DNA from: Octopus sinensis
Lineage: Eukaryota
Assembly: GCF_006345805.1 (NCBI RefSeq)
Contig: NC_043000.1
Coordinates: 5,518,001 to 5,582,000, forward strand
DNA: 64,000 nucleotides
Direction of reading: 5' to 3'
Part shown: positions 26,253 to 41,259 of the stretch, piece by piece
Layout: every line of letters begins with the position of its first letter
Position numbering within the stretch: position 1 is the stretch's first letter
Program-made: the position numbers and the translations under genes
The notes under the pieces: model-generated
The model's database searches: none
Told to the model about the DNA's origin: nothing
The model's input: the letters and a program-made list of their open reading frames with translations, nothing else

Positions 26253-26378
26253 TTTTATCTACATTGGGTCTGTTTTAATTCTTCCGTATACTTATATATA
26301 TATATATACTTATACATAAATATGTATGTATAAGTATACGTACACACACATACACACACACACACACACACATATATA

Positions 26379-26497
26379 GCTTACTGTCATATCACGTTGA
26401 ATGCACCGGTTGTTGTCCAATTACCGAAGTTATGCAACATCGACCCTAGTGAGTACTTAGATGGGTCACCGGTTGGGAAACTTAGGTGGTGTAAGCA
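26379..26497 (+). pseudogene. Degenerate full-length 5S rRNA copy
   Basis: 119 nt; GTTGAATGCACCGGTT, CCGAAGTTA.GCAAC and AGTACTT.GATGGGT.ACC 5S landmarks; terminal helix GCTTAC/GTAAGC. Confidence 0.88.
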
Positions 26498-26571
26498 TTC
26501 TCACACTTTTCCCTGGCGGTGCTCCAGAATGGCCACAGCTCTAAGTCTGAAACATATAAATGAATAAAAGA
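26379..26571 (+). mobile_element. 5S-headed retroposon (candidate SINE3 or 5S-LINE chimera)
   Basis: The 5S copy is followed after about 16 nt by TGGCGGTGCTCCAGAATGGCCACAGC, 23/26 identical to the LINE 3' end at 3966-3991, then an A-rich tail. Confidence 0.72.
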
Positions 26572-26673
26572 ATGAGTGTGTGTGTGTATGTATGCTTGTG
26601 TGTATGTATGTTTGTGTGCATGAATACGAATAAGTATTATACAGATGCATGCGTATAAGTATTATACATATGC

Positions 26674-26715
<42 letters not shown>

Positions 26716-26858
26716 ATTTATAAGTAGGGCAAAAGAAAAAATTTCTAATCCCAAAATATGCCGAAAATCGACACAACGTCAATAACCATGTAATTTAACA
26801 CAAGCACGTGTTTCAAAGAAAGCCGACAGAAATTTCAAAAAATATTCCGTTATTACCA

Positions 26859-26912
26859 TATCGGACCCAATTTCAGAGTTAGTTCATAAGGACCTTCTCT
26901 TCATCAGTGATA
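26859..26912 (-). ncRNA. Degenerate type I hammerhead motif, family D
   Basis: Reverse strand TATCA-CTGATGA-AGAG-(18 nt)-CTCT-GAAA-TTGG-GTC-CGATA; canonical core, 4-bp stem II, stem I with one mismatch. Confidence 0.62.
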
Positions 26913-27175
26913 AATGCGGTAAAGAAATAAGTGAAATACTTACTTACACCCATGGAAGAAGCGAGCACCAAGTCACGACTACAATTAAGTACCCCAAATA
27001 TATCCAAAATAGAAATTCTCAAGCACACCTCGAGACACGTGCGATTCGAACCGAAAAGCTCTCGTAAAGTGAGAGTCCGGAAGTGAACACTATTAAATTA
27101 ACATCTAATATAGGATAGAATTTTTCGAAAATAATTCTATAAATGGCCAGCATATTAAAATATACCTTTAAAGGT

Positions 27176-27830
<655 letters not shown>

Positions 27831-27884
27831 ATATATGCGTGTGTGTGTGTGTATGTATGTATTTATGTATGTATAACATTAATC

Positions 27885-28070
27885 ATCATGTTGCACCGTT
27901 TCCTCTTTCGTTCTCTTTCCATTATCCTTGCCAACCTTTTCTGTCGAAGGGCATAGGCTAGAAACGTCAAAGACGTCTCCATTCTTTCCGAGCGTCAAGC
28001 TAATACATCTGCTTGTTCTTCCCCCTACCTGTCTTCATCTTTTTGTTTTCTGCGAATTTGAACTCTACAT
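27885..28070 (+). mobile_element. Hammerhead-bearing element, family A copy 3 (degenerate)
   Basis: 27937-27972 TTTT-CTGTCGA-A-GGGC-atag-GCTA-GAAA-CG-TC-AAAG, followed by TTCTTTCCGAGCGTCAAGCTAATAC as in copy 1. Confidence 0.58.
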
Positions 28071-28399
28071 ATGTGTGTGTGTGTGTGTGTGTTTGTGTGT
28101 GTGTGTCAGTGTGTGTGTGTCTGTGTCTGTATGTGTGTGTGTGTGTGAGTGTGTGTGTGTGTGTCTGTATATGTGTGTGTGTGTGTGTGTATGTGTGTGT
28201 GTGTGTGTGTGTGTCTGTATGTGGTGTGTGTGTGTGTGTGTGTGTGTCTGTAGTGTGTGTGTGTGTGTGTGTCTGTATGTGTGTGTGTGTGTGTGTGTCT
28301 GTATGTGTGTGTGTGTGTATGTGTGTGTGTGTGTCTGTATGTGTGTGTGTGTTGTGTCTGTAGTGTGTGTGTGTGTGTGTATGTGTGTGTGTGTTTGTC

Positions 28400-28431
<32 letters not shown>

Positions 28432-28625
28432 GTCTGTATGTGTGTGTGTGTGTGTGTCTGGTTTGTGTGTGTGTGTGTGTCTGTATGTGTGTGTGTGTGT
28501 CTGTATGTTGTGTGTCTGTATGTGTGGTGGTGTGTGTTGTGTCTGTATGTGTGTGGTGTGTGTGTGTGTTCTGTATGTGTGTGTGTGTGTGTGTGTCTAT
28601 ATGTGTGTGTCTGTATGTGTGTGTC

Positions 28626-28663
<38 letters not shown>

Positions 28664-28665
28664 GG
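28070..28665. repeat. (GT)n-derived minisatellite punctuated by GTCTGTAT
   Basis: Seen directly. Confidence 0.9.
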
Positions 28666-28981
28666 ATAATTAGGATTATAAGCGATCGTTGATTAACAAA
28701 TCAGCAGGGAATAATTGTCATCTCGACCACCGAGTTCTTGTCGATGCAACATCGTTTCACATTGCAGTAACTAAACACTCCATACACCTTACAACAAGCA
28801 GGCAACTTCTGAAGACAACTACAAATACTACCAAGCATCCTAAACACTCTCTGTGGGTGAGGTCGTGATGGGATTGTACTATATTTTGGTTTTTGTTTTT
28901 TTTTCTTTAGTGTTATGAAATGCTTTCGTTTATGTTTGTTTTGTTCATTTTATTTATGCTCTTCGTCTCGTTTCTCACTTT

Positions 28982-29013
<32 letters not shown>

Positions 29014-29099
29014 GGTGATGCTGCTGCTGCTAATAGTTTCCTCTAGTTTACAACCACCTTCCTCACGATATGCCTGTGTGTGCATATATATTATATATA

Positions 29100-29151
29100 T
29101 ATATGAGTGTATGCATACATACACTCACACACACACATATATGTGTGTATG

Positions 29152-29188
<37 letters not shown>

Positions 29189-29700
29189 AATGTATGTGTA
29201 TATTATATATATATATATGCGTGTGTGTGGTGAGTGTATGCATACATACACTCACACACACATGTATATGTGTGTATGTATATATATATATACATAAATG
29301 TATGTGTTATATATATATATATATGCGTGTGTGTGTGTGAGGTATGCATACATACACTCACACACCACATGTATATGTGTGTATGTGTATATATATATAT
29401 ATATATATATACACAAATGTATGTTTATATATGATGATTGATTGATTCCAGTTCCAGCCTATGAGCTGTGGCCATGCTGGGGCATATATATATTATATAT
29501 GCGTCTTGGTGTGTGTGAGTGTATGCATACATACCTCACACACACATGTTTTGTTATGTGTGTTGTATATATATATATATATATATATACACAAATGTAT
29601 GTGGTAATATATATATATATATATGCGTGTGTGTGTGTGAGTGTATGCATACATACACTCACACACACATGTATATGTGTGTGTATATATATATATATAT
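29100..29700. repeat. Higher-order tandem repeat (about 5 units of 105-130 bp) built from microsatellites
   Basis: GTATGCATACATACACTCACACAC anchor recurs near 29108, 29236, 29342, 29521 and 29643. Confidence 0.8.
29440..29483 (-). mobile_element. Very short CR1-group LINE 3'-tail insertion
   Basis: Reverse strand TGCCCCAGCATGGCCACAGCTCATAGGCTGGAAC, then ATCA repeats. Confidence 0.7.
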
Positions 29701-29954
29701 GATTCTACACCTTTCCTTTCATCATCCTTGTTGTGCCCTCATCGCCTCGCCTTTCTTCAGAATCTCTTCATTGTTGTGTCTTAGACATCATCATAATCGT
29801 CGTCTTCGTCATCATCATTACCATCACCATCATCATTACCATCACCATCATCATTTTCTTGTACCTCTCATCCCCCTCAACCTCTTCCCCTTCAGCCCGT
29901 ACGACTACTGCTGTTACTACTACAACTAGTACAAATATTAAAGATGGTTTAAAA

Positions 29955-30162
29955 TTTTAGCATAAGGCCAGCAAGTTCGGGGGAGGGGATAAGTCGATTG
30001 CATCGACCCCAGTGCCCAACTGGTACCTATTTTAACGAAACCAAAATCATGAAAGGCAAATTGACACTGGCGGCATTTGAACGCAGAACGTAAAGATAGT
30101 CGAAATGCGCTAAGCATTTGCTCAGTGTGCTAAGGATTCTACCAGCTCGCCAATAATGGCAA

Positions 30163-30238
<76 letters not shown>

Positions 30239-30415
30239 TTTCAAATTTTTGTCACAAGAGCAGCTTGGGGGAATGGGTGTATCGACCTCAGTGTTTCATG
30301 GTACGTAACTTATCGAACCCTTAAAGATAAACGGCAAAGTCGACCTCGGCGGAATTTGAACTCAGAATGTAAAGATAGACGAAATACCGCTAAGCATTCT
30401 GCCAGCTCGCTGCCA
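29955..30415 (-). mobile_element. Two older family-2-type SINEs separated by (AAT)n
   Basis: About 29955-30150 and 30240-30415 match the family 2 body. Confidence 0.72.
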
Positions 30416-30439
30416 TAATAATATCAATAATGATGATTT

Positions 30440-30877
30440 CATTTTATTTGCCACAAGGGCGAAGGATAAGGGGCAAAATACAAATACAAGCATAAAGTGT
30501 GGTCGGTTATATATAATGAAATGATTTTTTTAAAAGGGTAAGTATACATAGTGTACACTTAAAAAGAAGGGACATATACTAAGTGAACAAAGGTTTAAAA
30601 AAGTGGGGGAGGATGAGAGAGATGTAGCCCTCCTAATACAGGCGGACTTCTAAGGATAATCGAGGAACTCCACTGTCTGAGATTTTCCTGAATACCAAAA
30701 GCAAGTGCCCTCTCTAATTCCTTCTCTCCGACTTACAGGTCTACACTGAGAGAGGTACCATTCACTCCTGCAATTTTCGCAACTTTCACCCACTTTTCAA
30801 TAAACTCACCCGTGGAGTTTATGCCTTTCAGCCTTGTCTACCAAACAGTCTCTTTCGCTACAGCCACTAGGCAAAGG
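30440..30877 (-). mobile_element. Tx1-clade L1 3' fragment
   Basis: Reverse translation CLVAVAKETVW*TRLKG...FIEKWVKVAKIA; 3' end GCCCTTGTGGCAAATAAAATGAAATC. Confidence 0.7.
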
Positions 30878-31330
30878 AAGATGGGCTACAGCAAATATTC
30901 TGCTCAATACCGCAGATTTGCTTGTCGGTTGCTTGACCGTAACTTGTTGAGCATGTCCCCTAGTGGCTGACGATATGTGCATCTCTGATCATGAGCAGAA
31001 GTAGTGGAGGAGTATCATAGCTATGTGTTGAGACGAATTCTTTGAGGTTTGAATAATTCACCTCTGGTAACATGAATGTTTCGTTCATCAACCTTAAACA
31101 AACCTTATTCGGGGACCTTTTCAGCAGGATGCTCTACGCGACCTGAGAAAAATTCTAACTGGGCCTCACCTGCAAGGTCATGTGCTGTTTATCTTGATAC
31201 AAGGTCACACATATGGTTGTGGTGCATGTGCCTGGTGTACCCTTATCAGACGGGTAGTAATGATGGGTATATTGAGCTTCGTACATTTGTACCCCAGTGT
31301 CACTCTGATGGCATGCGTTGCTCTCTCACA
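30878..31330 (+). mobile_element. Non-autonomous (AAT/AAC)n-tailed element, family E, 5'-truncated
   Basis: High identity to 63118-63566. Confidence 0.85.
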
Positions 31331-32039
31331 CAACAACAACAACAACAACAATAATAATGATAATGATAATAATAACAACAACAACAACAACAACAATAAT
31401 AATAATAATATTAATAATAATAATAATAATAATAAACGGCTTCATATTGAGGCACAATGCCAACAATTTTAAGGAAGGGCAGGAGGTTAGTCGATTACAT
31501 CGGCCCGAGAATTACCTGGTAATTTATTTTATCAACCCCCTTAAGGATTAAAGGTAAAGTTCACCCCCATAATACGTTTCTTGTTTTGTTTTGTTTTTCG
31601 GTTGGGGGGTACACAAGGACGACAGATAAGCGGGAGGGGTAGAGGGTATATTGCAAAAATGAATCACAATATGATAAAATAAAATCTAGATGTAGGCTTA
31701 CACGGAATCCAGTATGACAAAGAAAAAAAAGGAAGGAAGACAGAAAGGTCCCAAAAGCAGAGAACTGATGCATCTGGTACCAATTAAGGAACTCCAGACG
31801 TCCCGGATTACGCTAATGACCAAATTATAATATGAACCGATTCTTTATTTGCCTCAAGGGATAAAAAATGCTGCTTCCTTTCTCCTTTGCTTCTTTCATG
31901 TATCTCAGTTCAGCATCCACCATCCATTCAAACCATTCTCTTCACCTTCTCTTTCTCTTCTTTCACCCCCCCCCCGCCCCGTCTCGTTTCCTGTGATGGC
32001 ATTCCTTACTTCTCTGCTAGCATACATTAACTTCTGTTA

Positions 32040-32043
32040 ATCA

Positions 32044-32106
<63 letters not shown>

Positions 32107-32615
32107 CCAGCATCATAACCATCCTCACATACTCCACTGCGTCCTGCTTCGACCCTCTCCTCCTTCTCCTCCTCGCCCTCCTCCACTTCCTCTTCTTCTT
32201 CATCATCATCAACATCTTTAACATCGTCATAACATTCGATATCATCAACGTCGTCGTCGTTGTCATCACCACCACCACCACCACCACAACCACCGCAACC
32301 ACCACCACCACCACTACCAACATACCGCACCACCTCGCATTCGCCTTCTTATCATCAACATCATGAGCAAGATGACGAGTCATCACCCCCACCACTACCA
32401 TCACCATCGCCACCATCATCATTATCATAATACTCCCACCTACACCACCACCCCACCAGCTTCATTACCATTATTACCAGCATACTCCAACACCTCCTTT
32501 CCATTCTTTCTTTCTCTTCCTCCTCCTCATCCTCTTTTTTTCATCCTACCCTCATCCCCACACCTGCCTCCTCCTCTTCATCATCATCATCATCGTCGTC
32601 GTCGTCGTCATTAAC
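32040..32615. repeat. Compound (CAT/CAC/CGT/CTC)n microsatellite
   Basis: Seen directly; explains the poly-D/E/G/H ORFs. Confidence 0.9.
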
Positions 32616-32790
32616 ATCATCTCGGCAGTAAGTAGAGAGCTTTGAAACAGGTGCGTTTACCTTTGAGTAGGATTAAGGAATGCTGTGACCTACATCCCAG
32701 AATCCTATGTACGTCATCACTCGAGAACATATGTGTGCAGTAACTTATAGTTTCATTCAGAGAAACGTTCAAACAGACATATATGTGCCA

Positions 32791-32846
<56 letters not shown>

Positions 32847-33183
32847 GTATCTATACCTATATATATATGTATGTATGTATGCATTATATATATATACTTG
32901 CGTATGTGTATCTATGTATGTGCATGTATAAATGTATGGCGTATCTCGACAGGCCTTGGCCGTGAGGGCTGAACAAAAGTGGAAGAACATACGTTGTACA
33001 TGTATGGATGAGTGTTTCTCCCACACAAAACTGAGAAGAACAATGTCCGTTGATTCACAGGTCGTGACGAAAATAATTCATCAACAGCACAGCAATTTCT
33101 TGACGTACAACGATGGTTGTCTATCTATCTGTCTATCTTCTCTATCTATCTATCTATCTATCTATCATCTATCTATCTATCTA

Positions 33184-33225
<42 letters not shown>

Positions 33226-33264
33226 AGTCTGTCTGTCTGTCTGTTTCTCTCTCTGTCTCTCTAT

Positions 33265-34189
33265 CCACAATTCCACAAAGACGTTCTATAGAGGATTAGT
33301 GGAGGTGAGGTGCGACGACGTTCTCGGGCAGAATCTGGGCGTCGACGAGGAACATCTGACCCGCCTGTTCAGGACAAATTTCGGGCCGAGACCTATGCGC
33401 AATCACAAGAGATCCCTGGCAAGGCAGTGTTATCGAGAATCCTTACTCGTTCGAGATAAGCTCAACAGGCACGGTTCGAAATACACCGGACCGACTTTCC
33501 TGTGATGCAGTCAGAGCGACGAAACCGTTCTGCACGCACTCGTGCAGTGTCCAACCATTTCGGACCTGTGGGCATATGCCGAACAGCTGCTGTCACGTGT
33601 GGGACTAGTTCGCTTGTCGGCCGAGTCTATTGTGAAAATTGCTCCACCACCTTCCCTTAACCGGTAGTCTTCATCGTACTGGTGGCCATGGTGAAAGAAT
33701 GTGTGTGGTGGACTCGAGCGAAAGGATTAGAGATAAACACTTCCTCTCTGGCCAATCGCTCATCAACTTTTTCAAGTACCACTTGAAAAGGAAGGTGAGA
33801 ATAGAGAGACAAGTTTTGTCTCGTGGAACTTTCAATAAAAGGTGAATGAATGCAGCAAAGATGGTACGTGCGAACGACGAAACCACTTTGAGTATGATCC
33901 TGTAAATCGCAAAATGAGAGAGAGAGCACTCTGCTCTCATGTGTCTGTTCCCTCCCTGCCCGAGGTTACCGTGGTCTTTTCCGTAGGCCTTTCTTCCCAC
34001 AGATAAACTTAATCTTTCTTTTTACATTTTTAATATTCTCTGTGATACACGATCCATTTTGATCGTTTTTTTCACCATCCCTTATGATCGGAATTTTATT
34101 TTTCTCCTTTTTTTCTATTTTCAAAAAGAAAAGCTCGACATTCTATTTTGTCACCTCTGTGCTCGGCCCTGTGTGGCTAATAAAGAAAC
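33265..34189 (+). mobile_element. Tx1-clade L1, short 5'-truncated copy in (TCTA)n
   Basis: Homologous to 36355-37375 (C-terminal zinc-finger region and 3' UTR); ends GCCCTGTGTGGCTAATAAAGAAAC. Confidence 0.88.
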
Positions 34190-34192
34190 TAT

Positions 34193-34277
<85 letters not shown>

Positions 34278-34336
34278 TTATCTATTTATCTATCTATCTA
34301 TTTATCTATCTACCTAGCTAGCTATCTGTCTGTCCG

Positions 34337-34465
<129 letters not shown>

Positions 34466-34480
34466 CTATCTGTCTGTCCG

Positions 34481-34528
<48 letters not shown>

Positions 34529-37375
34529 GGGTGAGCTAGTTAAGAAGCTAGAAGAGGCAATTAGAAGCGGCATCACATCCGACGTTTTGGCGGCGAGGTT
34601 GGCCCTCGACCAACACTTCAACGCCAAACACGAAGGATGTGCTGTCAGAGCTAGGATGCGTGCTCTAAGGAACGAAGGTGTTGGAGCCGCGAGAGAGGCC
34701 CGGGTGGCAGAGGCGCAACAGGGCAACAAAGCCACCATTCGGTCCCTGGTAGATGAACAGGGGCGCGAATTGCTCGAGCCAAGTAAAATGTGTGAGGCCT
34801 TTCAGCAGCATTTTGCCGACTGTTCGGAACGAGTGGAGGGCAAGAACGTAGGGTGGACTTCAGTGCCTACCTACATAGCCTACCACACGACTCTCGACAA
34901 GAAAGGCATGGTGCTGCGAAGGTGCCATCACGGCGGCGGAAGTGCAGGAAGCGATGGCAGAATGCTCGGGGGACAAATCACCGAGTTTGGATGGTCTACC
35001 CTACGAGCTTTACAATTGTATGCCAGACTTGTTTGGAGATCTCTTGGCGGCGGTGTACTGCAACTGGCAGCAAAACGGGAGCATTCCTGGTTTTGAGCCG
35101 AGGAGCCGTAACACTGCTGAAGAGATCTAAACAAGGGAAATGTAATAGATAACTTTAGCCCATCACTCTGCTTAATGCAGACTTGAAAATTTTGGCCAGG
35201 TGCTAGCCAAGAGGTTGGCGCTTGTCATCGAGAAACTGGTCGACAGGGCGCAAACATGCGCCGTACCAGGCCGGACCATCCATGACAACCTCCACCTGAT
35301 GCGCTACATCATAGACAGGGTAGTTAACGAACCTGGCATGAGTGGGGCGCTGATCAATTTGGATCAATCGAAAGCTTTCGATAGGGTGGACCATCGATGC
35401 TTGGAGGCGGTCCTCGGAGCGGCTGGCTTCGGTCCCGTCTTCCGCGGTAATTCGCGTGAATGGACATCTATCGAGACCCTTCGACATCGCACGTTCGGTC
35501 CGTCAGGGATGCCCCCTCTCGTCGCTTCTATACGTATTGACTCTCGAGCCATTATTGCGGAAGCTGGCAACCTTGAGAGGCATCCCGCGAGAACTGGGAT
35601 GCGGGACGAGCGTGTCTGCATACGCGGACGACGTCACCGTCATAGTGTCTAGCCACGAGCACATCGAGCTGGTCGGCGAGACACTGAAAAACTACGAAGC
35701 GGTGACAGGAGCAAAAATCAACCGGGAAAAGTCAGTGGGCTTGCGACTCGGCACCTGGAGAAGCAAGCCCATGCCGTCCACCAGCGCCTCCGTCGTGGGA
35801 CGCTGGACCGACGGCCCGGTTGAGTTGCTCGGGGTCTGGTTTGGCCCGGACCTCCAAGTGGAGAAGAACTGGAACGAGATAACGAGTAGGGTGGTCACTC
35901 TCGCCCGGCAATGGACCGAGAGGAAACTGTCCCTAAAAGGTCGGGCGGAGGTGGCGAACACGTACATGCGTCCGTCTCTACTACCGCCTGACCGTCGTAC
36001 CTTGTCCCGACCCTACCATCACCAAACTACACCATTCTCTTCGCTTCTTGTGGAAAGGATGCGTCCCGATGGTCAGGCGATCCATTTGCTGTCAACACCC
36101 GTTAAAAGGAGGGCTGGGCATGCCGTGGTTGATGATGCGCAGACACGCGAGACTGGGTGCGACATCTCTGGCTCTATGTAGACGACGGTGAACAGGTGTG
36201 GTCGCCGTTTGTGAGGCACGCTTTCCCGCAGCTCGTCTCCATGACCGAACTGCAGTCGTGGATCAAAAAGAGGCCGAAGAAGGGCGAATGGCACCGCGAG
36301 TGTCGCGTTGCTCTCAAGCAACTCTGCCGTCCTGAGTCGACCTTGAGTGACTTCAACACAACCAAAGCATTCTATAGGGGTTTAGTGGAGGGGAGGTACG
36401 ACGACGAGCTCGGGGCGAACCTGGACGTCGACGAGGAGTACCTGACCCGCCTGTTCAGGACGACTTTCGGGCCAGGGCCCATGGACAACTTCCAGAGATC
36501 CCTGGCCTGGCAGTTGCTACCGAAAGCGAAGCGCTAACCGTTCGGGATAAGCTCTACAGACACGGCTCGAGAAAACCGGGGCCGACCTGCCCGAGATGCG
36601 GTCAGAGCGACGAAACCGTTCTGCACGCACTCGTGCAGTGTCCAACAATTTCCGACCTGTGGGCTTGTGTCGAACAACTGCTGTCACGTGTGGGACGAGT
36701 CGGTTTATCAGCTGAGTCTATCGTTAATATTGTCACGCCTCCCTCCTTCAAACGGGAAGGAAGAGCTATTTTCATCATCCTTGTGGCTATGGCGAAAGAA
36801 TGTATCTGGTGGACGCGTCTGAAAGGATTGGAGACAAACACTTTCCTCTCTGGTCAATCTCTCATCAACTTCTTCAAGTACCACTGAAAAGGAAAGTGAG
36901 AGTAGAGAAGCAAGTTTTGTCTAACGAATGTTTTAAAAAAATGGGTGAATGTAGCAAGAATGGCACGTATGAATGACGAAGCCACCTTGAGCATGATCCT
37001 ATGAACCCAGAAATTGAAAACAGAGAGTTGCTTATTTGCAAAAAAAAAAAAAAAATATAACATGTGACTCCATTGACCGAGGTTACCGTGGTCTTTTCCG
37101 TAGGCTTTTCTTTCCACGGGTAAACCTCACCTGTCCTCCCCTTACACTTCATATTGACATTTCTGTGATAACGATCCCTATTGATCAAATTTTTTTTTTT
37201 TTTCCCCTCCCCTTTTTTTTTAACCCCCCTTTTTTTGTCCTCTTTCTCTCCTTTTACGATCCCTTTTGATCGAAACTCCCCCTTCCCTTTTTTTTTTTTT
37301 TAAACCTTCAAAAAAAGCTCTACCTACCTGTATTTGTTCTATCTGTGTGCAGCCCTGTGTGGCTAATAAAGAAAC
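34529..37375 (+). mobile_element. Tx1-clade L1, 5'-truncated, disrupted ORF2 (RT plus C-terminal zinc finger)
   Basis: KSPSLDGLPYELY, QTCAVPGRTIHDNL, LDQSKAFDRVDH, RSVRQGCPLS and AYADDVTV; flanked on both sides by (TCTA)n. Confidence 0.93.
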
Positions 37376-37722
<347 letters not shown>

Positions 37723-38622
37723 AGTGTTGAGGAGATACATGCGCAGGAATTTGGCAGATATTTCCATAATTTTTACCCATTTTTGTAATAAGGAAATGAC
37801 GCAGCGAACTGATCCTGGTCACAGTCACCCAATGTTTTTCTTGCTTTATTTTTGGATGTTTGTTTGTTTTTTCCTTCTCTTTTCCTCACTTTTCCAATCA
37901 TTGCTGAAACTTGTATATGTTTCTATGCAATAACAGTTACCTATAGTTTATAAATTTTTCATATTTTTGTATAAAATTATGTCTACATCGAATGCTTGTT
38001 TGAATATGAATGGAAATAACAAAGAGACACACGATATTTACAGAACTTGCAACAATAGGCCAACTAAAAAGCCAATGTATTCACGTCTGTTAAAATTTAA
38101 ATCACGGTCACGATTTAGGCAGGATTGTTTTTAATCTGTTTAACCAGAGGAGTGTCTATGACCATTGTCATGGATACGCAGTGTCTATGAAAATGGCCAT
38201 TTTCAGAGAATCGTAAACTGGTTCGACGAAAGGAGGATGCTATACTCATAGCAGAGACATATTTGGAATGCTTGCAACATAATAGACTCTGCAAAAGGCA
38301 CCACCACCCACAGTCAGTTATGGGTGTTAAACCGGATGACGGTTTAACGACTCTAATCAAAATGGAAGCCTTCACAGAAACTAGTATCATAGGTGCGCCA
38401 CTAATAGGTTGATGGAGGGAAGGTTACAAAAACTACGGTAATAAATTTCAAATAGCCTGTGGTAACAAGACATTATTCATCGCTTAAATGTAGAAGGAAA
38501 ACAAGAAAACAGCCTTTATGAGACATTTTCGGAGCCCTTGAGATGTGAGGAAGATAGTAAAGTAAATTATTATTAGACTAGAAGCATGGTCCGAATTGAT
38601 ACTAAAGCATACAGACACACGT

Positions 38623-38927
38623 AAGGTGCATGGCTTAATGCTTAGGGTATTTGGCTCATGATCGTAAGGTTATGAGTTCAATTCCAAGCGACGCGTTATG
38701 TCCTTGAGCAAGACACTTTATTTCATGTTGCTGCAGTCTCTACTCAGCTGGCAAAAATGAGCAATGCCTATATTTCAAAGGGCCAGCCTTGTTACATTCT
38801 GTGTCACGCTGAATCACACTAAAAACTGCGTTAAAAGTACACGTATTTGTGGAGTGCTCAGTCACTTGCACGTTAATTTCACGAGCAGGCTGTTCCGTTG
38901 ATTGGATCGACTGGAACACACACGCAC
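38623..38927 (+). mobile_element. tRNA-SINE family 3
   Basis: TGGCTTAATGCTTAG head, TGTCCTTGAGCAAGACACTTTATTTCA core; tail shared with 40163-40388. Confidence 0.75.
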
Positions 38928-39496
38928 GCACACACACGTTCTCTCCTCCCATTTACTCTACAAATGTCCTCTCCAAACTTTGACATTGGAAAAGACGAGT
39001 ACCTATGGATTCTATGAAGGAGCCAATGAAGTAAATTCTATATAATCACAGGAGCAACTAGAAATAGCAGCCAAATCTCCCTCAAATCATATACCTCTCA
39101 TCTTTAAGAAGAGAAGGACACTCTCAGCAAATATACTGCGTCAGGAAAAAAAATGAGACGATGACATTGAATATCAACTGCAGGAACACTTTTTTGACCA
39201 TAGGTCTGTTTGACCAGGACTGACCTAGATATAATCAACAACAGCATGGACATTGTCAGCAGTAACAACAGCAACAAATGTTTCAATTTCTATTTTATAC
39301 AATATCATAACTATTAAAGTCTGTATTTTTTCCCATAGGATATAATGGAGAATATCTCGTTCGAAATTGTAACCAGCCATGACATACAGTCCATTCCCGC
39401 CTGCATTCAATATACAAAATAATATATACATATATATATATATATATTATATATATATATATAATATATATATATATGGTGTGTGTGTGTGTGTGT

Positions 39497-39540
<44 letters not shown>

Positions 39541-39749
39541 GTGTGTGGGTGTGCGCGTGTGTGTGTAGATATATGTATATGTATGTATGTATACATATAT
39601 ATATACATACATACACATATAAAATATATATATTCATATACATACACGTATACATACATATACATAAATATATGCATATTATACATATACATGCATATAA
39701 CTCCGTGCTTATGTATGTATAGGTATATATATATAAATATATGATACAG

Positions 39750-39804
<55 letters not shown>

Positions 39805-40162
39805 TATACATACATATATACATGTAATATATATATATATGTGCGTGTGTGTGTGTATATATAGCAATATATAATATAGACACATTTTCAACATACAACA
39901 ACATAATATACGACTACATACATTGTACAACATGGCTACGCTACAGCATTTACCGTGCTATGTACAACATACAAAGATACCAATAAAAACAATCGCAACG
40001 AAAATAGAAAAAAGCAAATAAGAGAGACCTGCTATGGCAATTAGAAGATCACTCATTAGGTTTTCATACACACGCACATCGCCCAGGCACGCGCACGCGA
40101 ATAGACTTGCCTTGGCACATTGACGCACATGTTCTTATACAAGCTAGCAGATACAGATACAT

Positions 40163-40388
40163 ATGGAAGCACTCCGTCCGTTACGACGACGAGGGTTCCG
40201 GTTGATCCGATCAACGGAACAGCCTGCTCGTGAAATTAACGTGTAAGTGGCTGAGCACTCCACAGACACGTGTACCTTTTAGGTGTTTTCGCTCAATAAA
40301 CACTCACAACGCCCGGTCTGGGAATCGAAACCGCGATCCTACGACCGCGAGTCCGCTGCCCTAACCACTGGGCCATTGCGCCTCCACT
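40163..40388 (-). mobile_element. tRNA-SINE family 3, internally shortened
   Basis: Reverse strand GGCCCAGTGGTTAGGGCAGCGGACTCGCGG...GGTTTCGATTCCC head. Confidence 0.8.
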
Positions 40389-40727
40389 ACAGATACATAT
40401 ATACACACATGCATAGATACACACACATATTTCTTCATATATCTATAAACTTATAGGAATATATACAGACACGAGGGCGAGCTGATAGGTTCCTAGCTTT
40501 AACGGTATCGTGAATGGCACGGCTGGAAGCCCAGCCTTCCGAGTTCTTTTATAGGGCTTAGAAAAAACTGAAAGATCGCTGCGATAAGTGTGTGGATCTG
40601 AGAGGGGAATATGTTGAATAAAATCATAATTTACTGATCCCTCAGGATCTTCTGATACCCAAAGCCTGGAATTTTTCAGTACACCTTCAAATGTATACAT
40701 ATATGTGTGCGTGTGTAAATACATACA

Positions 40728-40763
<36 letters not shown>

Positions 40764-41198
40764 TTATACTATATATATATATTCTATATAATATTATATA
40801 TATATAATATATATATATATTATATACATATATATAAAATTTATATAATAAGGATAAGATCGTTAATTCAAATTAAATATCGATCTTATCAAGTGGCCAG
40901 CATGGGAATAAAAACCTTCAAAATCTGACTCTAAAAGCACATTAAATGTTCATACAGCACAAGGTGAGAAGACAAAAAGACAAAATAAGCTAGAAAAAAA
41001 ATTACTGCATAATTCCATGGAAAGTTTACAAAATAATTTTCAAAATTTATCCAGTAATTTTTTGCTAGTATATTTTGTCTTTGTGGTGTATGAACATTTA
41101 ATGTGGTTTTAGAGTCAGATTTTAGCTGCTATTTTCAGCATGGCGGTATCTCATAGATGCCCTAAATTATATATATATATGTGTGTGTGTGTGTGTAG

Positions 41199-41259
<61 letters not shown>

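Noticed and set aside
26379-26497. Functional 5S rRNA gene
   Set aside because: Solitary, many substitutions in the internal control region and helices, and attached to a LINE tail.
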